Of a DNA stretch of 33,868 bases, positions 15,308 to 25,245 are shown piece after piece. Source of the stretch: a virus. Each line of letters opens with the position of its first letter. Position 1 is the first letter of the stretch. Location of the stretch: the IMG/VR virus record IMGVR_UViG_2509601008_000001; one strand, given 5' to 3'. A program made the translations under genes and the position numbers. The notes beneath the pieces were generated by a model, which saw only the letters and a program-made list of their open reading frames with translations, was not told where the DNA came from and searched no databases.

Positions 15308-15326
15308 CTACATTATACTGTATATA

Positions 15327-16286
15327 ATGATATTAGAGGGCATTGCTTTTCCATTAGACACACTAAACAAGAACGGCTGGGGCATCCCCTCCTCTGATGC
15401 CGACAATGCTATCTCTTCTCTCAAAAACGCTGTAGTCCGGGTCTGTTCTCGCAATGATCCCCACGGCTGTGATATCTCCGAAGATCCTAAAGCAGAAATA
15501 GGTAGAGTGCTAGATGCCTGGAAGGACGGGTCTAATGTATATACCAAAGTAGAGATTACAGATTCGGTAGCAGCAGCCAAAGTTAAAGAAGGAACCTGGC
15601 AGAAAAAGTGGAGCGTATACGGCAAAGCAGGCGCAATAAACGAGGGATGGACTAACGGAGCGTCACTAAAATCTATTACGCTTGTGACAAATCCAGCATG
15701 GGATCAATCCTCATTTGATGTGGCTGCCTCTGCTGAAGATCCCAAATTACTATTTTTCAATGATTTTTCAATAACAGCTTCGGTAGGTAATACCATGGAC
15801 GACAACAACATAACACCACCCGGCGGGGCAATACCTGCCGAATTTGAGCAGCGTATGGCTGACTCACAGAAACAGATCGATACTCTCATTGTAGAGAGGA
15901 AGGCACTTGCTGAGCAGGTAGATGCTCTCACTAAAGAGAGAGATGAACTAAAAACTGTAGCAGCGTCACTGAAAGAAGAGACAGGCAAAATGGTCTCAAT
16001 GGATGAAGTCAAGCAGATGATCGCTGCAGCAAAAGCAGAAGATCGGGAACAGCAGGCTCACGAAGCCGCTCTTGTGAAACTCACAGCAGCAAGAGCAGAG
16101 CTTGGGCTTGAGACCAAAGCAGAGGCATACTCTGAACTTAGCGCATCAGCAATTGAAGAGGCCGCAGCAGAATGGGGTCAGGTACAGATATCAGCATCAG
16201 CAAATCAGATCAAATATCCTTCTACTGTCCCCGCAAACAGTGCCAGGCTTAAGGTATTCGATCCATTCACAGGGGGATACGTATAA
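15327..16286 (+). CDS. Prohead protease-like domain fused to a coiled-coil scaffold
   Basis: MILEGIAFPLDTLNKNGWGI...IGRVLDAW...SITLVTNPAW, then a long Ala/Glu helical region. The ORF-track start at 15279 lies inside the promoter. Confidence 0.75.
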   Translation: MILEGIAFPLDTLNKNGWGIPSSDADNAISSLKNAVVRVCSRNDPHGCDISEDPKAEIGRVLDAWKDGSNVYTKVEITDSVAAAKVKEGTWQKKWSVYGKAGAINEGWTNGASLKSITLVTNPAWDQSSFDVAASAEDPKLLFFNDFSITASVGNTMDDNNITPPGGAIPAEFEQRMADSQKQIDTLIVERKALAEQVDALTKERDELKTVAASLKEETGKMVSMDEVKQMIAAAKAEDREQQAHEAALVKLTAARAELGLETKAEAYSELSASAIEEAAAEWGQVQISASANQIKYPSTVPANSARLKVFDPFTGGYV

Positions 16287-16750
16287 TGGTACAGTTAGGA
16301 TTCAGGAAACCAACTAACAAGTGGAGCCAGGGCGGTGCTCTGGGTGTCGAATATTTCAAAGTTGGCGCAAACGCTACCGCAGCAAAAATGCTTCCGGGCA
16401 TAGCGGTAATCAAAGATGCTAATGATTTCAGTGTCAAGGAATCAGGCAGCTTAGGCAGCACAATTGGGGTGCTCGGATACGATGAGACTCCAGCACAGTA
16501 CAGGCCAACTACCAGCTCTACAGCATACGCATTAGGCGACCACGTAGCAGTGCACAGAGGCGCAGGACGCAGGCAGAAGATGTGGCTCACTACCTCACAG
16601 ACTATAGTGATAGGTCAGCCTCTGATGGTGACCACAGACGGCTATCTCACAGCAGCCACAGCAGGAACTCATGACGTATACTGTGATGCAGCCGAAAGTG
16701 TGACAACCACAAGTGCTGCTGCTGCAATCTGGGTAATTACAAGGAAGTGA
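16286..16750 (+). CDS. Capsid decoration/cement protein
   Basis: Small beta-rich protein between the scaffold and MCP. Confidence 0.7.
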   Translation: MVQLGFRKPTNKWSQGGALGVEYFKVGANATAAKMLPGIAVIKDANDFSVKESGSLGSTIGVLGYDETPAQYRPTTSSTAYALGDHVAVHRGAGRRQKMWLTTSQTIVIGQPLMVTTDGYLTAATAGTHDVYCDAAESVTTTSAAAAIWVITRK

Positions 16751-16757
16751 TTGAAAC

Positions 16758-17678
16758 ATGGTCAACGCATTAGCAAATCTTAAAAATCAGTGGGATAAAG
16801 ACATCGCTCCTACTCTGTATGCTCAGGATATCAGCAAGCAGCTCATGCCAATAAACCCACAGCTCTCTAATCAGGGTCTGGGAGTTCTTAGCATTGACTC
16901 TCTAAAATACGTAGCAAGAGGCAGCGCAAGCATTAACTACGACATTCAGCAGGACATAGAGGATACTGTTGACATTGCACTGGCAAACCTGAAAATCCCT
17001 GTCCAGCAGGACGACACCAAGATCAGGCGCAGAGATTGGGAAGCATACGTAAAGCAGGGTATCCCTATCAGCTCAGATCTTGCTCAGGACATGGCTGCAA
17101 ATATCGCTGTACAGCGCACTACTCTTGTAGTGGATGGCTGGAAACCAGACGGGACAAATTACGATATCAAAGGCATGTACCAGGTAGCAAACAACACTGT
17201 TGCAGGAGCCGATTTTGATACTTTCGGCAACGCATACAAAACAGTAGCAGCCTGCCTTAAGGAGCTCAAGACTGACAAGATTTACAGTCCTGGGTATAAC
17301 CTTGTGCTGGCTGGTCTGAACTACGCTGAACTTATGGGGTCTATCTCCACAAACGGAGTGTCAGAGGCTCAGATGGTCATAGACCTGCTCAACAGAGATG
17401 CACCTCCAGGCACACAGCCAGGTAGGATCTTTGAGGGAACTGATCTTGCGGCAGGTACGGGAATGGTTGCACCTATCGCAGCTCAGGCAAACCTCAGATA
17501 TTTTGACCTGATCGAGACCCAGGAGCCTATTAACCATCTTTGGTTTGAGGATGGCAACGAGGTATCTGGAGACATCAAAGCTAGGCAGATAGGCGCAATG
17601 GTTCCCAGGTTCAAGCACCTAGTGGGCGGTAAGGATAATTGTGTCTGTACAATCAGCTCTGGTCTGGACAGCTCTTAA
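16758..17678 (+). CDS. Major capsid protein (HK97 fold, encapsulin/linocin-like)
   Basis: 306 aa. Position, IP.QQDD..I.RRDW, IKGMY, Y.LVL. Confidence 0.85.
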   Translation: MVNALANLKNQWDKDIAPTLYAQDISKQLMPINPQLSNQGLGVLSIDSLKYVARGSASINYDIQQDIEDTVDIALANLKIPVQQDDTKIRRRDWEAYVKQGIPISSDLAQDMAANIAVQRTTLVVDGWKPDGTNYDIKGMYQVANNTVAGADFDTFGNAYKTVAACLKELKTDKIYSPGYNLVLAGLNYAELMGSISTNGVSEAQMVIDLLNRDAPPGTQPGRIFEGTDLAAGTGMVAPIAAQANLRYFDLIETQEPINHLWFEDGNEVSGDIKARQIGAMVPRFKHLVGGKDNCVCTISSGLDSS

Positions 17679-17693
17679 GCGGAGTGATATCAG

Positions 17694-17933
17694 ATGAGGC
17701 TACGGTGTACGATTGGATCTATGCATATCCTCAGTCGGAGGACTGTTTACAACCGGGGAGACGAGTTTGAAATGGAGGCAACGAAAGCTGCCTCTCTTAT
17801 CTCCTCTGGCTATGCTGTCACGGTTGAAGAGATTGCAGTAGAGCCAGTCAAAGAACCAGAAGCAGAGCCCGTTGAAGGACATATTGAAACCACAAAACCA
17901 ACTCCAAAAAGATCACGTTCTCATAAGAGGTAA
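17694..17933 (+). CDS. Small head-associated protein
   Basis: GGAGTGA RBS. Y.RGDEFE......LI..GYA motif with a basic tail, typical after MCP. Confidence 0.65.
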   Translation: MRLRCTIGSMHILSRRTVYNRGDEFEMEATKAASLISSGYAVTVEEIAVEPVKEPEAEPVEGHIETTKPTPKRSRSHKR

Positions 17934-17938
17934 GCAGT

Positions 17939-18337
17939 ATGGCAATGTGTACTGTCGCTGATGTTAAGGCTATAGTGTCACCAAAAACGGTTACTGATGC
18001 TGAAATCACTAGCATCATTGCTCTAGTTTCTGGGGATATAGCAGCCGACACTGGAGCTAGTACTAGCTCTACAGACAGTACACTAGTCAGGGCGTGTATT
18101 CATTACTCTGCTGCAATCACGTTGCAGAGAATGAAATACACAGGCGAACTGGCTTCTCAGAGGCAGATAGGCGACAGCATGAGGTCTAATAATGTAGATG
18201 CTCAAATCGCTTATCACAACGAGAAGGCCCAGTACTTCATAAACAAATACGTTTCTGCAAATTATGATGAGTACACGATCATATCGGGCAGGATCGGGAT
18301 AGGCGAAGTAGACAACGAGGTGCTCTATGAATACTGA
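17939..18337 (+). CDS. Head-tail adaptor
   Basis: MCTVADVKA start motif and position. Confidence 0.7.
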   Translation: MAMCTVADVKAIVSPKTVTDAEITSIIALVSGDIAADTGASTSSTDSTLVRACIHYSAAITLQRMKYTGELASQRQIGDSMRSNNVDAQIAYHNEKAQYFINKYVSANYDEYTIISGRIGIGEVDNEVLYEY

Positions 18338-18677
18338 TATCCTAATCCACACCTGCTCAATCCTCCATACCGTACCTGTCTCCCAAAACAAATATGGAGA
18401 AGAGGTAAGAGGCGGTCTACCTGTCTCCTCTGCATGCCGATTCTACACATCTCGCAGGATACCAGGGAGGATGTCCTCGGTTGGTATCGGAGAGTTTCAT
18501 ATTGATACACCTAAACTTGCCCTTCCAGCTACTGCTACTGTTACAGAGAACGATATTATCACAAGCTCTGTTATGTCTTTTACAGGGCCGTACAGGGTCA
18601 GCCACGTCAATCCGCTTGCTGACTTGTACTCTAGTACTCTTGACCACATAGAGTGTGAGTTGGAGGCGATTGAATGA
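18327..18677 (+). CDS. Head closure protein
   Basis: NKYGEE, beta-rich pattern, DHIECEL, and position. Confidence 0.7.
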   Translation: MNTDILIHTCSILHTVPVSQNKYGEEVRGGLPVSSACRFYTSRRIPGRMSSVGIGEFHIDTPKLALPATATVTENDIITSSVMSFTGPYRVSHVNPLADLYSSTLDHIECELEAIE

Positions 18678-18913
18678 ACCAGCCCGTAACTCATGCAGAG
18701 TGCCAGGCACGCATGGAGATACTCGAACAGAAGATGCATACCTGCATGAAGGAGGACAAAACCGACTTCAAGGACACCATTACTGATGTGGAGGAATGGG
18801 TCGGGAAACTAGAGTCTAAAATGGACTACATGATATACGGCCTGCTGTTCCTAGCATTAGAAGGCTTCGTAGGGCTTATAATCACAATATTCACTCTGTC
18901 TGGGGGGATCTAA
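18674..18913 (+). CDS. Coiled-coil protein with C-terminal TM (holin/XhlA-like candidate)
   Basis: Heptads followed by YMIYGLLFLALEGFVGLIITIFTL. Confidence 0.6.
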   Translation: MNQPVTHAECQARMEILEQKMHTCMKEDKTDFKDTITDVEEWVGKLESKMDYMIYGLLFLALEGFVGLIITIFTLSGGI

Positions 18914-19347
18914 TGCCTCTACGTGTAGAAGTCCAGGGCATCGAGGAGCTCAGAGCCAAGATTAGAAACATGGGCGAAGAGCTAGCTAATGTGCTAGAGG
19001 ATGCAGCCAACAAGGGGGCCATGATCGTAGTCAAAGAGGCACAGCTCAACAGTGCTAAGGGGGGCGGCTTTCCTAGCAGGATTACAGGTAATCTATTCAG
19101 AAGCATTCCTGCGGTCAGTCCGGTCACTGTATCCAAATCTCGCAATAGAGTAGAGGTAGCAGTGGGCTCCTCTGCTGAATACGCAAGGCGGCTAGAGCTC
19201 GGTTTCACTGGCACTGACAGCCTAGGTAGACATTATCATCAATCTCCCAGGCCGTACATTAGGCCTGCTCTTGTTGCTAATAGAAATAACGTAGAGCAGG
19301 AGATGGCAAAACGTTTCCGGCAGGTTATAGGGGGCTATACTAGATGA
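18913..19347 (+). CDS. HK97 gp10-like tail completion protein
   Basis: V.GIEEL...TGNLFRSI...VG....YA..LE.G...PRPYIRPAL. Confidence 0.9.
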   Translation: MPLRVEVQGIEELRAKIRNMGEELANVLEDAANKGAMIVVKEAQLNSAKGGGFPSRITGNLFRSIPAVSPVTVSKSRNRVEVAVGSSAEYARRLELGFTGTDSLGRHYHQSPRPYIRPALVANRNNVEQEMAKRFRQVIGGYTR

Positions 19348-19775
19348 CCACTATACACGGTGCTATCAGATCATTGCTGCTAGGTTCTACAGCAGTAACA
19401 GACCTAGTGAGCACTCGGATCTATCCTGTGCAGATCCCTTTCGGCACGACCTATCCGGCAATCTCAATACACGAGATCAGCGGCTTAGAGGATTATGTAG
19501 TGGGTTACGAGGCACATAGGTATCAAGTATCCATATTCTCTGAATCATTCACTATAGCTCAGGACATTAAGCAGGCTATTAAGCTGTGTTTGAACAGATA
19601 TTCAGGCACAGTAGACGGACACAACATTAAAAGCCTGTCCTTCCTGAGCAGCCTGGAACTCTATGAGGACGAATCAAGAATGTACCATCTCCCCTTAGAT
19701 TTCCAGATAGTACACTATAACGATTCCGGGGACAACCAGCAGCCAACGCTAAACCTAGACGGTGGCAGCGCATAA
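19344..19775 (+). CDS. Tail terminator (DUF3168-like) with C-terminal DGGSA extension
   Basis: LV..RIYP...P...YPAI...I.G...RYQVSIF, plus extra tail NDSGDNQQPTLNLDGGSA. Confidence 0.85.
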   Translation: MTTIHGAIRSLLLGSTAVTDLVSTRIYPVQIPFGTTYPAISIHEISGLEDYVVGYEAHRYQVSIFSESFTIAQDIKQAIKLCLNRYSGTVDGHNIKSLSFLSSLELYEDESRMYHLPLDFQIVHYNDSGDNQQPTLNLDGGSA

Positions 19776-19812
19776 CGATAACTGAATAATAAACTAAACA
19801 GAGGTCTTGAAA

Positions 19813-20610
19813 ATGGTAACACAAACATCAGTACAGAAGGCTACAGCCATACGTTTTGGCTCTGGCAAGCTTGAGGTAGGCGCAACAGTAGGTACTCTTG
19901 CAGATGTGGGAGCAATCAGAAACGCTACGTTTGCTAGGGAATTTGAGAAAGTAGAAATAATGAGCGACAATGCAGACAGAATAGCTGCAGGCATCAGAGA
20001 TCATTTCGCTTTCATTGAATTTGATATGCTAGAGATCGACATGTCTAAGCTCAGTGTAATCATGGGCGGCCTGGACACCTACGCTACTGTTAACGGTACT
20101 CCTGTCGCCGTAGTCGATGAGCCTATAACCCTCAACGGCACGGACGCAGTAAGACTGGCAAACAAAGAGGGAGACGGTACAGAGGCAGCAAGTATAGTAG
20201 TCACCAATGCCGCAGCAGTAGCAGCGGTTAGAAACACCGACTACGTCATTTCAGTAGATGCGAGCGGCTACACGACCATAGCAAGAGTGGCAGCCTCTGC
20301 AAAGCTTACGGATGGCGGCATTGCTCTTATAGACTATTCATATACACCAAACGCATCAGTGACTCTCAAGAGTGGTGGTAACACTACTATAGCTGACAAG
20401 GTCGTAAGGATTACGAACACCAACGCAGCAGGCAAGACCCTTCAGATCACTGCCTACAAAGCTTCAATTGACGAGGGATGGAGCTACGACTTCCCGGCAG
20501 ATGACGCTTATGAAGTCGGCATGGTTCACATCAAGATGAAGGCAAGGATAGACACTACCAGGACAGTGGGAGACCAGCTCTTCGCTATTGTAGATGAACA
20601 AGGAGTCTGA
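19813..20610 (+). CDS. Major tail tube protein with inserted beta domain
   Basis: GSGKLEVG...DVGAI...F.RE, position, GAGGT RBS. TTG at 19807 is an alternative start. Confidence 0.85.
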   Translation: MVTQTSVQKATAIRFGSGKLEVGATVGTLADVGAIRNATFAREFEKVEIMSDNADRIAAGIRDHFAFIEFDMLEIDMSKLSVIMGGLDTYATVNGTPVAVVDEPITLNGTDAVRLANKEGDGTEAASIVVTNAAAVAAVRNTDYVISVDASGYTTIARVAASAKLTDGGIALIDYSYTPNASVTLKSGGNTTIADKVVRITNTNAAGKTLQITAYKASIDEGWSYDFPADDAYEVGMVHIKMKARIDTTRTVGDQLFAIVDEQGV

Positions 20611-20615
20611 TCTGC

Positions 20616-20945
20616 ATGGATTCTGTGAAAACATTTGGCGGTCTGCTTCCTGAGAAGCGCATAGCAATAATAGCTAATAGAGAGATAGACGTGAGCAGGA
20701 TCCCCTCACGTTTTACTCTTGAGATGATGAATGCTACAAGAGGAGGAGTAGATTACTCAGTCGTTGTGAAAATAATTGCAGACATCTGCTCTAAGAATGC
20801 TCCTGAAATTACTCCTGATTTCCTTCTCGATAATCTGGGGATAGATGAGATCAATGAATTAGTAGAGTACATGATGGAGCCAGTCACCCAGAAAGCCAAA
20901 GCTAAGATGGCAGAGGCAGCAGGTGCAGACCCAAAAAACTCGTAA
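20616..20945 (+). CDS. Tail assembly chaperone (G-like)
   Basis: Located between the tube and TMP; ends in a slippery site. Confidence 0.8.
   Translation: MDSVKTFGGLLPEKRIAIIANREIDVSRIPSRFTLEMMNATRGGVDYSVVVKIIADICSKNAPEITPDFLLDNLGIDEINELVEYMMEPVTQKAKAKMAEAAGADPKNS
20933..20939 (+). promoter_or_regulatory. -1 ribosomal frameshift slippery heptamer A AAA AAC
   Basis: CCA AAA AAC TCG TAA. The -1 frame is open (KLVTFAEIYASVGSMYGW...) into 20978-21229. Confidence 0.8.
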
Positions 20946-21229
20946 CCTTTGCGGAAATATACGCATCGGTTGGCTCTATGTATGGTTGGGCAACTCCCGA
21001 TTATTTGCTCAACCATATGAGCCTCGTTGAAATCCTCGATTATTACGAAAATGGGATCAAATTCGAGGAGTCAAAGGCTCAGATCCTGGTAGGTACTCTT
21101 GCGAAAGCAATGCACAGCGGCTCTGATGATCCCAAGAAACCAGCTAAGCGGATATACAGAGAAGAGCCAGAGCAGACCCCTGACCGTAAAGCCCTGTATG
21201 AACAATTCGGAGACCTGATAAAAACATGA
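20936..21229 (+). CDS. Tail assembly chaperone frameshift extension (GT-like)
   Basis: -1 frame continuation; ATGA-coupled to TMP. Confidence 0.75.
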   Translation, partial: KLVTFAEIYASVGSMYGWATPDYLLNHMSLVEILDYYENGIKFEESKAQILVGTLAKAMHSGSDDPKKPAKRIYREEPEQTPDRKALYEQFGDLIKT

Positions 21230-24200
21230 GCGGTGTACTCGAAACCCTGTCAGTAAACGTTGTTGGTGAAATATCAGACGTAACCAACGCATTCAATCAG
21301 CTAGATCAGCGAGTCGCAGGGTTTGGGAGATCTATGCAGACAATGGGCTCCCAGCTGCAGGGCATGGGTACGTCTATGTCCCTTGCAGTCACCGCTCCGT
21401 TAATGGCTATCGGGGGGCTGGGTCTCAAGACTGCTGTTGATTTTGATGACGCAATGAGGCAAGTGCAGGCCGTCACTGGATCAACGGGCGACTCTCTTGA
21501 TATCCTCCGAGATGCAGCGCTTAGGATGGGCGCTGATACAGCATTCTCTAGCTCACAAGCAGCAGAGGCAATGCTACAGCTTGGGCAAGCTGGATTTTCT
21601 ACTGATGAAATATTAAGCTCTACTGAGCAAGTGCTATCCCTAGCAAGTGCCGGAGCTCTTGATCTTGGTACAGCAGCAGGCATTACGGCTAATGCTCTTA
21701 TGGGTTTTGGCATGGAAGCAGACCAGACGCAGCGAGTAGTAGACCTGCTGGCTATAGGCGCATCTATTTCTACAACTGATGTACAAGGGCTAGGGCTTGC
21801 GCTTTCTTATGTTGCTCCTGTCGCTAATGCTATGGGTATGAGCATTGAAGAGACTACCTCCCTTATAGCAGGTCTGTCTAATGCTGGTATTGAGGGAGAG
21901 AGAGCAGGCACAGCTCTTAGAGGGGCTATAGAGAGGCTGGCCGTACCCACTGATGAAGCAGCCGGGGTACTTCACGGTTACGGGATTGAGCTAGATATGG
22001 TCAACCCGGCAACAACCAGCTTCACTGAGATTCTGGAGGTACTGGCAAAAGCAGGTATGTCAGCCGCTGACGTAATGGCGGTATTTGGGGTCAACTCTGG
22101 GCCCGGAGTACTAGCACTGTTAGGGCAGGGTACTCCTGCTATAGAGGCTCAGACGGCAGCCCTTACAGAATCAGCTGGCGCAGCCAAAACAATGGCTGAC
22201 ACAATGGAGGGCGGTGCAGGTGGAGCAATCAGACAGCTACAGGGATCTATAGAAACATTACAGATCACAATAGGGGATCTTATAGCAGATGCCCTGCTGC
22301 CCTGGATAGACAGAGCTACAGAGCTATTCAATCAGCTCTCTTCTCTTCCTACTCCTTTATTACAAAACATCATAATGATAGCAGGGCTAGCGGCTGCAAT
22401 TGGCCCTGCGCTTATTGCTTTTGGTACTCTGATTAAGTCGACAGGTACTATAATCACATTGTTCTCAGGTCTGCCTATCCTATTCGGTCCGGTGGGTCTG
22501 GCTCTTGCAGGTATAGCAACAGCAGCAGCCATTGTATACACGAATTGGGATAGAGTAGGCCCCTGGTTAGTTCAACAGTTTGAGAACCTAAGAGGGGTAG
22601 CTCTTGCCCTTCTGGAGAGAGTACAATCGCTAGTTAGAGACGGGTTTGAGTATATCTCTAATTGGTGGAGTGCTAACGGCAGAGCGGTACTAGATGCACT
22701 GATAGCAGCATTCCAGAGAACAGTAGCGTTTATTACTCCTGTCTACGAGGCTGTACGAAATCTTGTACTCAATGCACTCACTCTAATCAGCGCATGGTGG
22801 ACGCAGAACGGCAGCGGAGTAATGGAGACGCTGAGAGCTGCGTTCGATAGAATACAGGCGGCTGCTATCCCTCTAATTACTACTATTAGGGATCTTGTAG
22901 AACGAGCCCTCACGGGAATTAGCACATGGTGGACTGGAAACGGTAACGGGGTAATGAATGCGCTTAATGCTGCTTTTACGTGGATCATAGATACTGGCTC
23001 ACAGCTTATTGCAGTAGTGCTTGATCTCGCTAACAGAGGGCTTATAGCTATCAGCAATTGGTGGAGTGCTAACGGTAATACCGTAATGACGGCTCTTAAT
23101 ACTGCGTTTACATGGCTGATTACAACGGGTTCAGACCTCATAGACACAGTATGGGATCTAGCAACCAGAGGGTTCACTGCTATTAGCAATTGGTGGAGTG
23201 CTAACGGAGAGTCTACGCTTAACACACTGTGGCAAAAAATCAATGATCTATATGATGCAATCGAGCCACTTATCCCTATCGTAGTCGAATTTGTGCGGGA
23301 TGGACTGGAGAAGATTAGTGCATGGTGGACAGCGAACGGGCAGGACACACTCGATGCAATACAGAAGCTCACAGATGCAGCAGAGTGGCTGTTCGACAAT
23401 GTTCTCATTCCTGCAATTAATACACTTCAGATCATACTGCCTCCCATAATAGACAGTATCAAATCCTGGTGGGATACTTTAGGGGATGCTTTAGAGTTCA
23501 TTGTAGACCTCATCAATGGAGACTGGGCGGACGCTTGGGAAAACATACAGGCATCCGTATCAGAAGCGTATGAGGACATCAAAAACATATGGGGAACCGG
23601 GGCACTTGCAGAGGTAATAGGGGTAGTATGGGATGCAGTCGGCCTAGACACTTCTACTGCATGGGACGATATAGAGACCGATATTACTGATACATGGGAC
23701 GATATCAAAGAGGCTCTGACCGACAAGGACGGTACATTTAGGACATCAGTGGTTACATTCTGGAAATTGATTAGAGGGGATATCAAAACCGAAGCAGACG
23801 GGATAGGGACAGACGCTAACACCTCCTTCTCTGGGCTATCTACTACAGTCTCAACCCACATGAGCGGCATATCTGCCTCTGTCTCTACAGCATGGAACTC
23901 TATCCGGCAGTCCATATCAGAGAGATTGACAGCCATCCGGGCTGATACAAGCACAGCATGGACGAACATTCAAACCTCGGTTTCCACGTCCCTAAACTCA
24001 ATCAGAGTAACAGTAAGCAATGCCTGGAACACAATGCGCACAGACATTACTACTGCATTGAATTCAATAAGAACAACAGTAGGCACTGCCTGGAGCGCAA
24101 TACAAACAAATGTCTCTACTGCACTCAATAGCATCAGGACAACGTCTACAACTATCTGGAATAATATACAAACCTCAATTACAACCTCACTCAATTCAAT

Positions 24201-25245
24201 CCGAACCACATCAACAACTATCTGGAATAGTATACAGACCTCTGTCTCTAACTCACTGAACAATATAAGAACTACTGCAAGCAACATATGGAACTCCATA
24301 CTGTCTACTATTACAGCTGCACTCAACAACATTAGAACAACGTCTGTCAACGCTTGGAACTCAATTCAGAGCTCCGTAACAGCATCACTGAATAATATTA
24401 GAGCCACTGCTCAGAATATATGGAACTCTATTCACAGTACAATCACCTCAGTACTGAATGGCATCAGAGCAACCTCACAGAGTATATGGGCATCTATACA
24501 GTCTGCTATCTCAAGTGCAATGAACAACATCCGGGCAACTATCGCCAGTGCTTGGAGCAGCATAGCAAGCGGTGTTAGTTCCGGCTGGGCTTCTATCAGA
24601 TCTCGGATACAGGCAGAGATCAATACAATTATATCTGCTATATCCAATGCAGGGAGCAGGTTCTATAGTGCTGCTGCTAGCTGGGTACAGAGCATGGTAG
24701 ACGGACTCACTTCTAGAATATCCTCACTGAGGTCAGCGGTGAACTCGGTACTGTCGTTAGTGTCGACTGGCAACTCTGCCAATATATCAACCTCCTCTAC
24801 TTCAAATATCAGGACAGGCGGCACTTCATCGGGTGGCACAGGGTCGGCTAGAATCACCTCCCTCCCTTCCTACACCGGCGGCAGAACAGCACTATCTGGT
24901 ACGCCTACCACAGTAGGATACAATCCCCTTGAAAAACACGACACTGGCGGCATAGCGGGGTACACTGGCTGGCATTGGATGGAGAAGAACGAATTAGCCA
25001 TCCCCCAAGCGACTAATTGGGATGCTATCCTTATCAATCCTATCAGCAATGCATTAGCTAAAGCAGCTAGCATTACAGCAGGCAGAGGACTAGGCTCTGG
25101 ACCAGGATCAGGTAACGTCACCTATGAGGGCGACACAATATATATCACTGCTAACATGTCTAACGAGTATGGGTTTGATGAGATGATGGATGACATCAAC
25201 AGACGGACAACTAGGGACAGGTTTAGGAGAGGGATCAAATCATGA
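21226..25245 (+). CDS. Tape measure protein (TP901 family), 1339 aa
   Basis: FD.AM..V.A...A..MG..T.FS..QAAEAM..L..AG core; WW..NG repeats; 11-aa Trp-anchored repeats at about 23900-24600. Confidence 0.97.
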   Translation: MSGVLETLSVNVVGEISDVTNAFNQLDQRVAGFGRSMQTMGSQLQGMGTSMSLAVTAPLMAIGGLGLKTAVDFDDAMRQVQAVTGSTGDSLDILRDAALRMGADTAFSSSQAAEAMLQLGQAGFSTDEILSSTEQVLSLASAGALDLGTAAGITANALMGFGMEADQTQRVVDLLAIGASISTTDVQGLGLALSYVAPVANAMGMSIEETTSLIAGLSNAGIEGERAGTALRGAIERLAVPTDEAAGVLHGYGIELDMVNPATTSFTEILEVLAKAGMSAADVMAVFGVNSGPGVLALLGQGTPAIEAQTAALTESAGAAKTMADTMEGGAGGAIRQLQGSIETLQITIGDLIADALLPWIDRATELFNQLSSLPTPLLQNIIMIAGLAAAIGPALIAFGTLIKSTGTIITLFSGLPILFGPVGLALAGIATAAAIVYTNWDRVGPWLVQQFENLRGVALALLERVQSLVRDGFEYISNWWSANGRAVLDALIAAFQRTVAFITPVYEAVRNLVLNALTLISAWWTQNGSGVMETLRAAFDRIQAAAIPLITTIRDLVERALTGISTWWTGNGNGVMNALNAAFTWIIDTGSQLIAVVLDLANRGLIAISNWWSANGNTVMTALNTAFTWLITTGSDLIDTVWDLATRGFTAISNWWSANGESTLNTLWQKINDLYDAIEPLIPIVVEFVRDGLEKISAWWTANGQDTLDAIQKLTDAAEWLFDNVLIPAINTLQIILPPIIDSIKSWWDTLGDALEFIVDLINGDWADAWENIQASVSEAYEDIKNIWGTGALAEVIGVVWDAVGLDTSTAWDDIETDITDTWDDIKEALTDKDGTFRTSVVTFWKLIRGDIKTEADGIGTDANTSFSGLSTTVSTHMSGISASVSTAWNSIRQSISERLTAIRADTSTAWTNIQTSVSTSLNSIRVTVSNAWNTMRTDITTALNSIRTTVGTAWSAIQTNVSTALNSIRTTSTTIWNNIQTSITTSLNSIRTTSTTIWNSIQTSVSNSLNNIRTTASNIWNSILSTITAALNNIRTTSVNAWNSIQSSVTASLNNIRATAQNIWNSIHSTITSVLNGIRATSQSIWASIQSAISSAMNNIRATIASAWSSIASGVSSGWASIRSRIQAEINTIISAISNAGSRFYSAAASWVQSMVDGLTSRISSLRSAVNSVLSLVSTGNSANISTSSTSNIRTGGTSSGGTGSARITSLPSYTGGRTALSGTPTTVGYNPLEKHDTGGIAGYTGWHWMEKNELAIPQATNWDAILINPISNALAKAASITAGRGLGSGPGSGNVTYEGDTIYITANMSNEYGFDEMMDDINRRTTRDRFRRGIKS

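Noticed and set aside
15279-15326. N-terminal extension MYTKLYIVYTYIILYI of the protease
   Set aside because: It is the promoter repeat itself. ATG 15327 fits a leaderless start.
21306-25121. Multiple long minus-strand ORFs within the tape measure gene
   Set aside because: Antisense shadows of biased Ala/Ser/Thr/Ile codon usage; no motifs.
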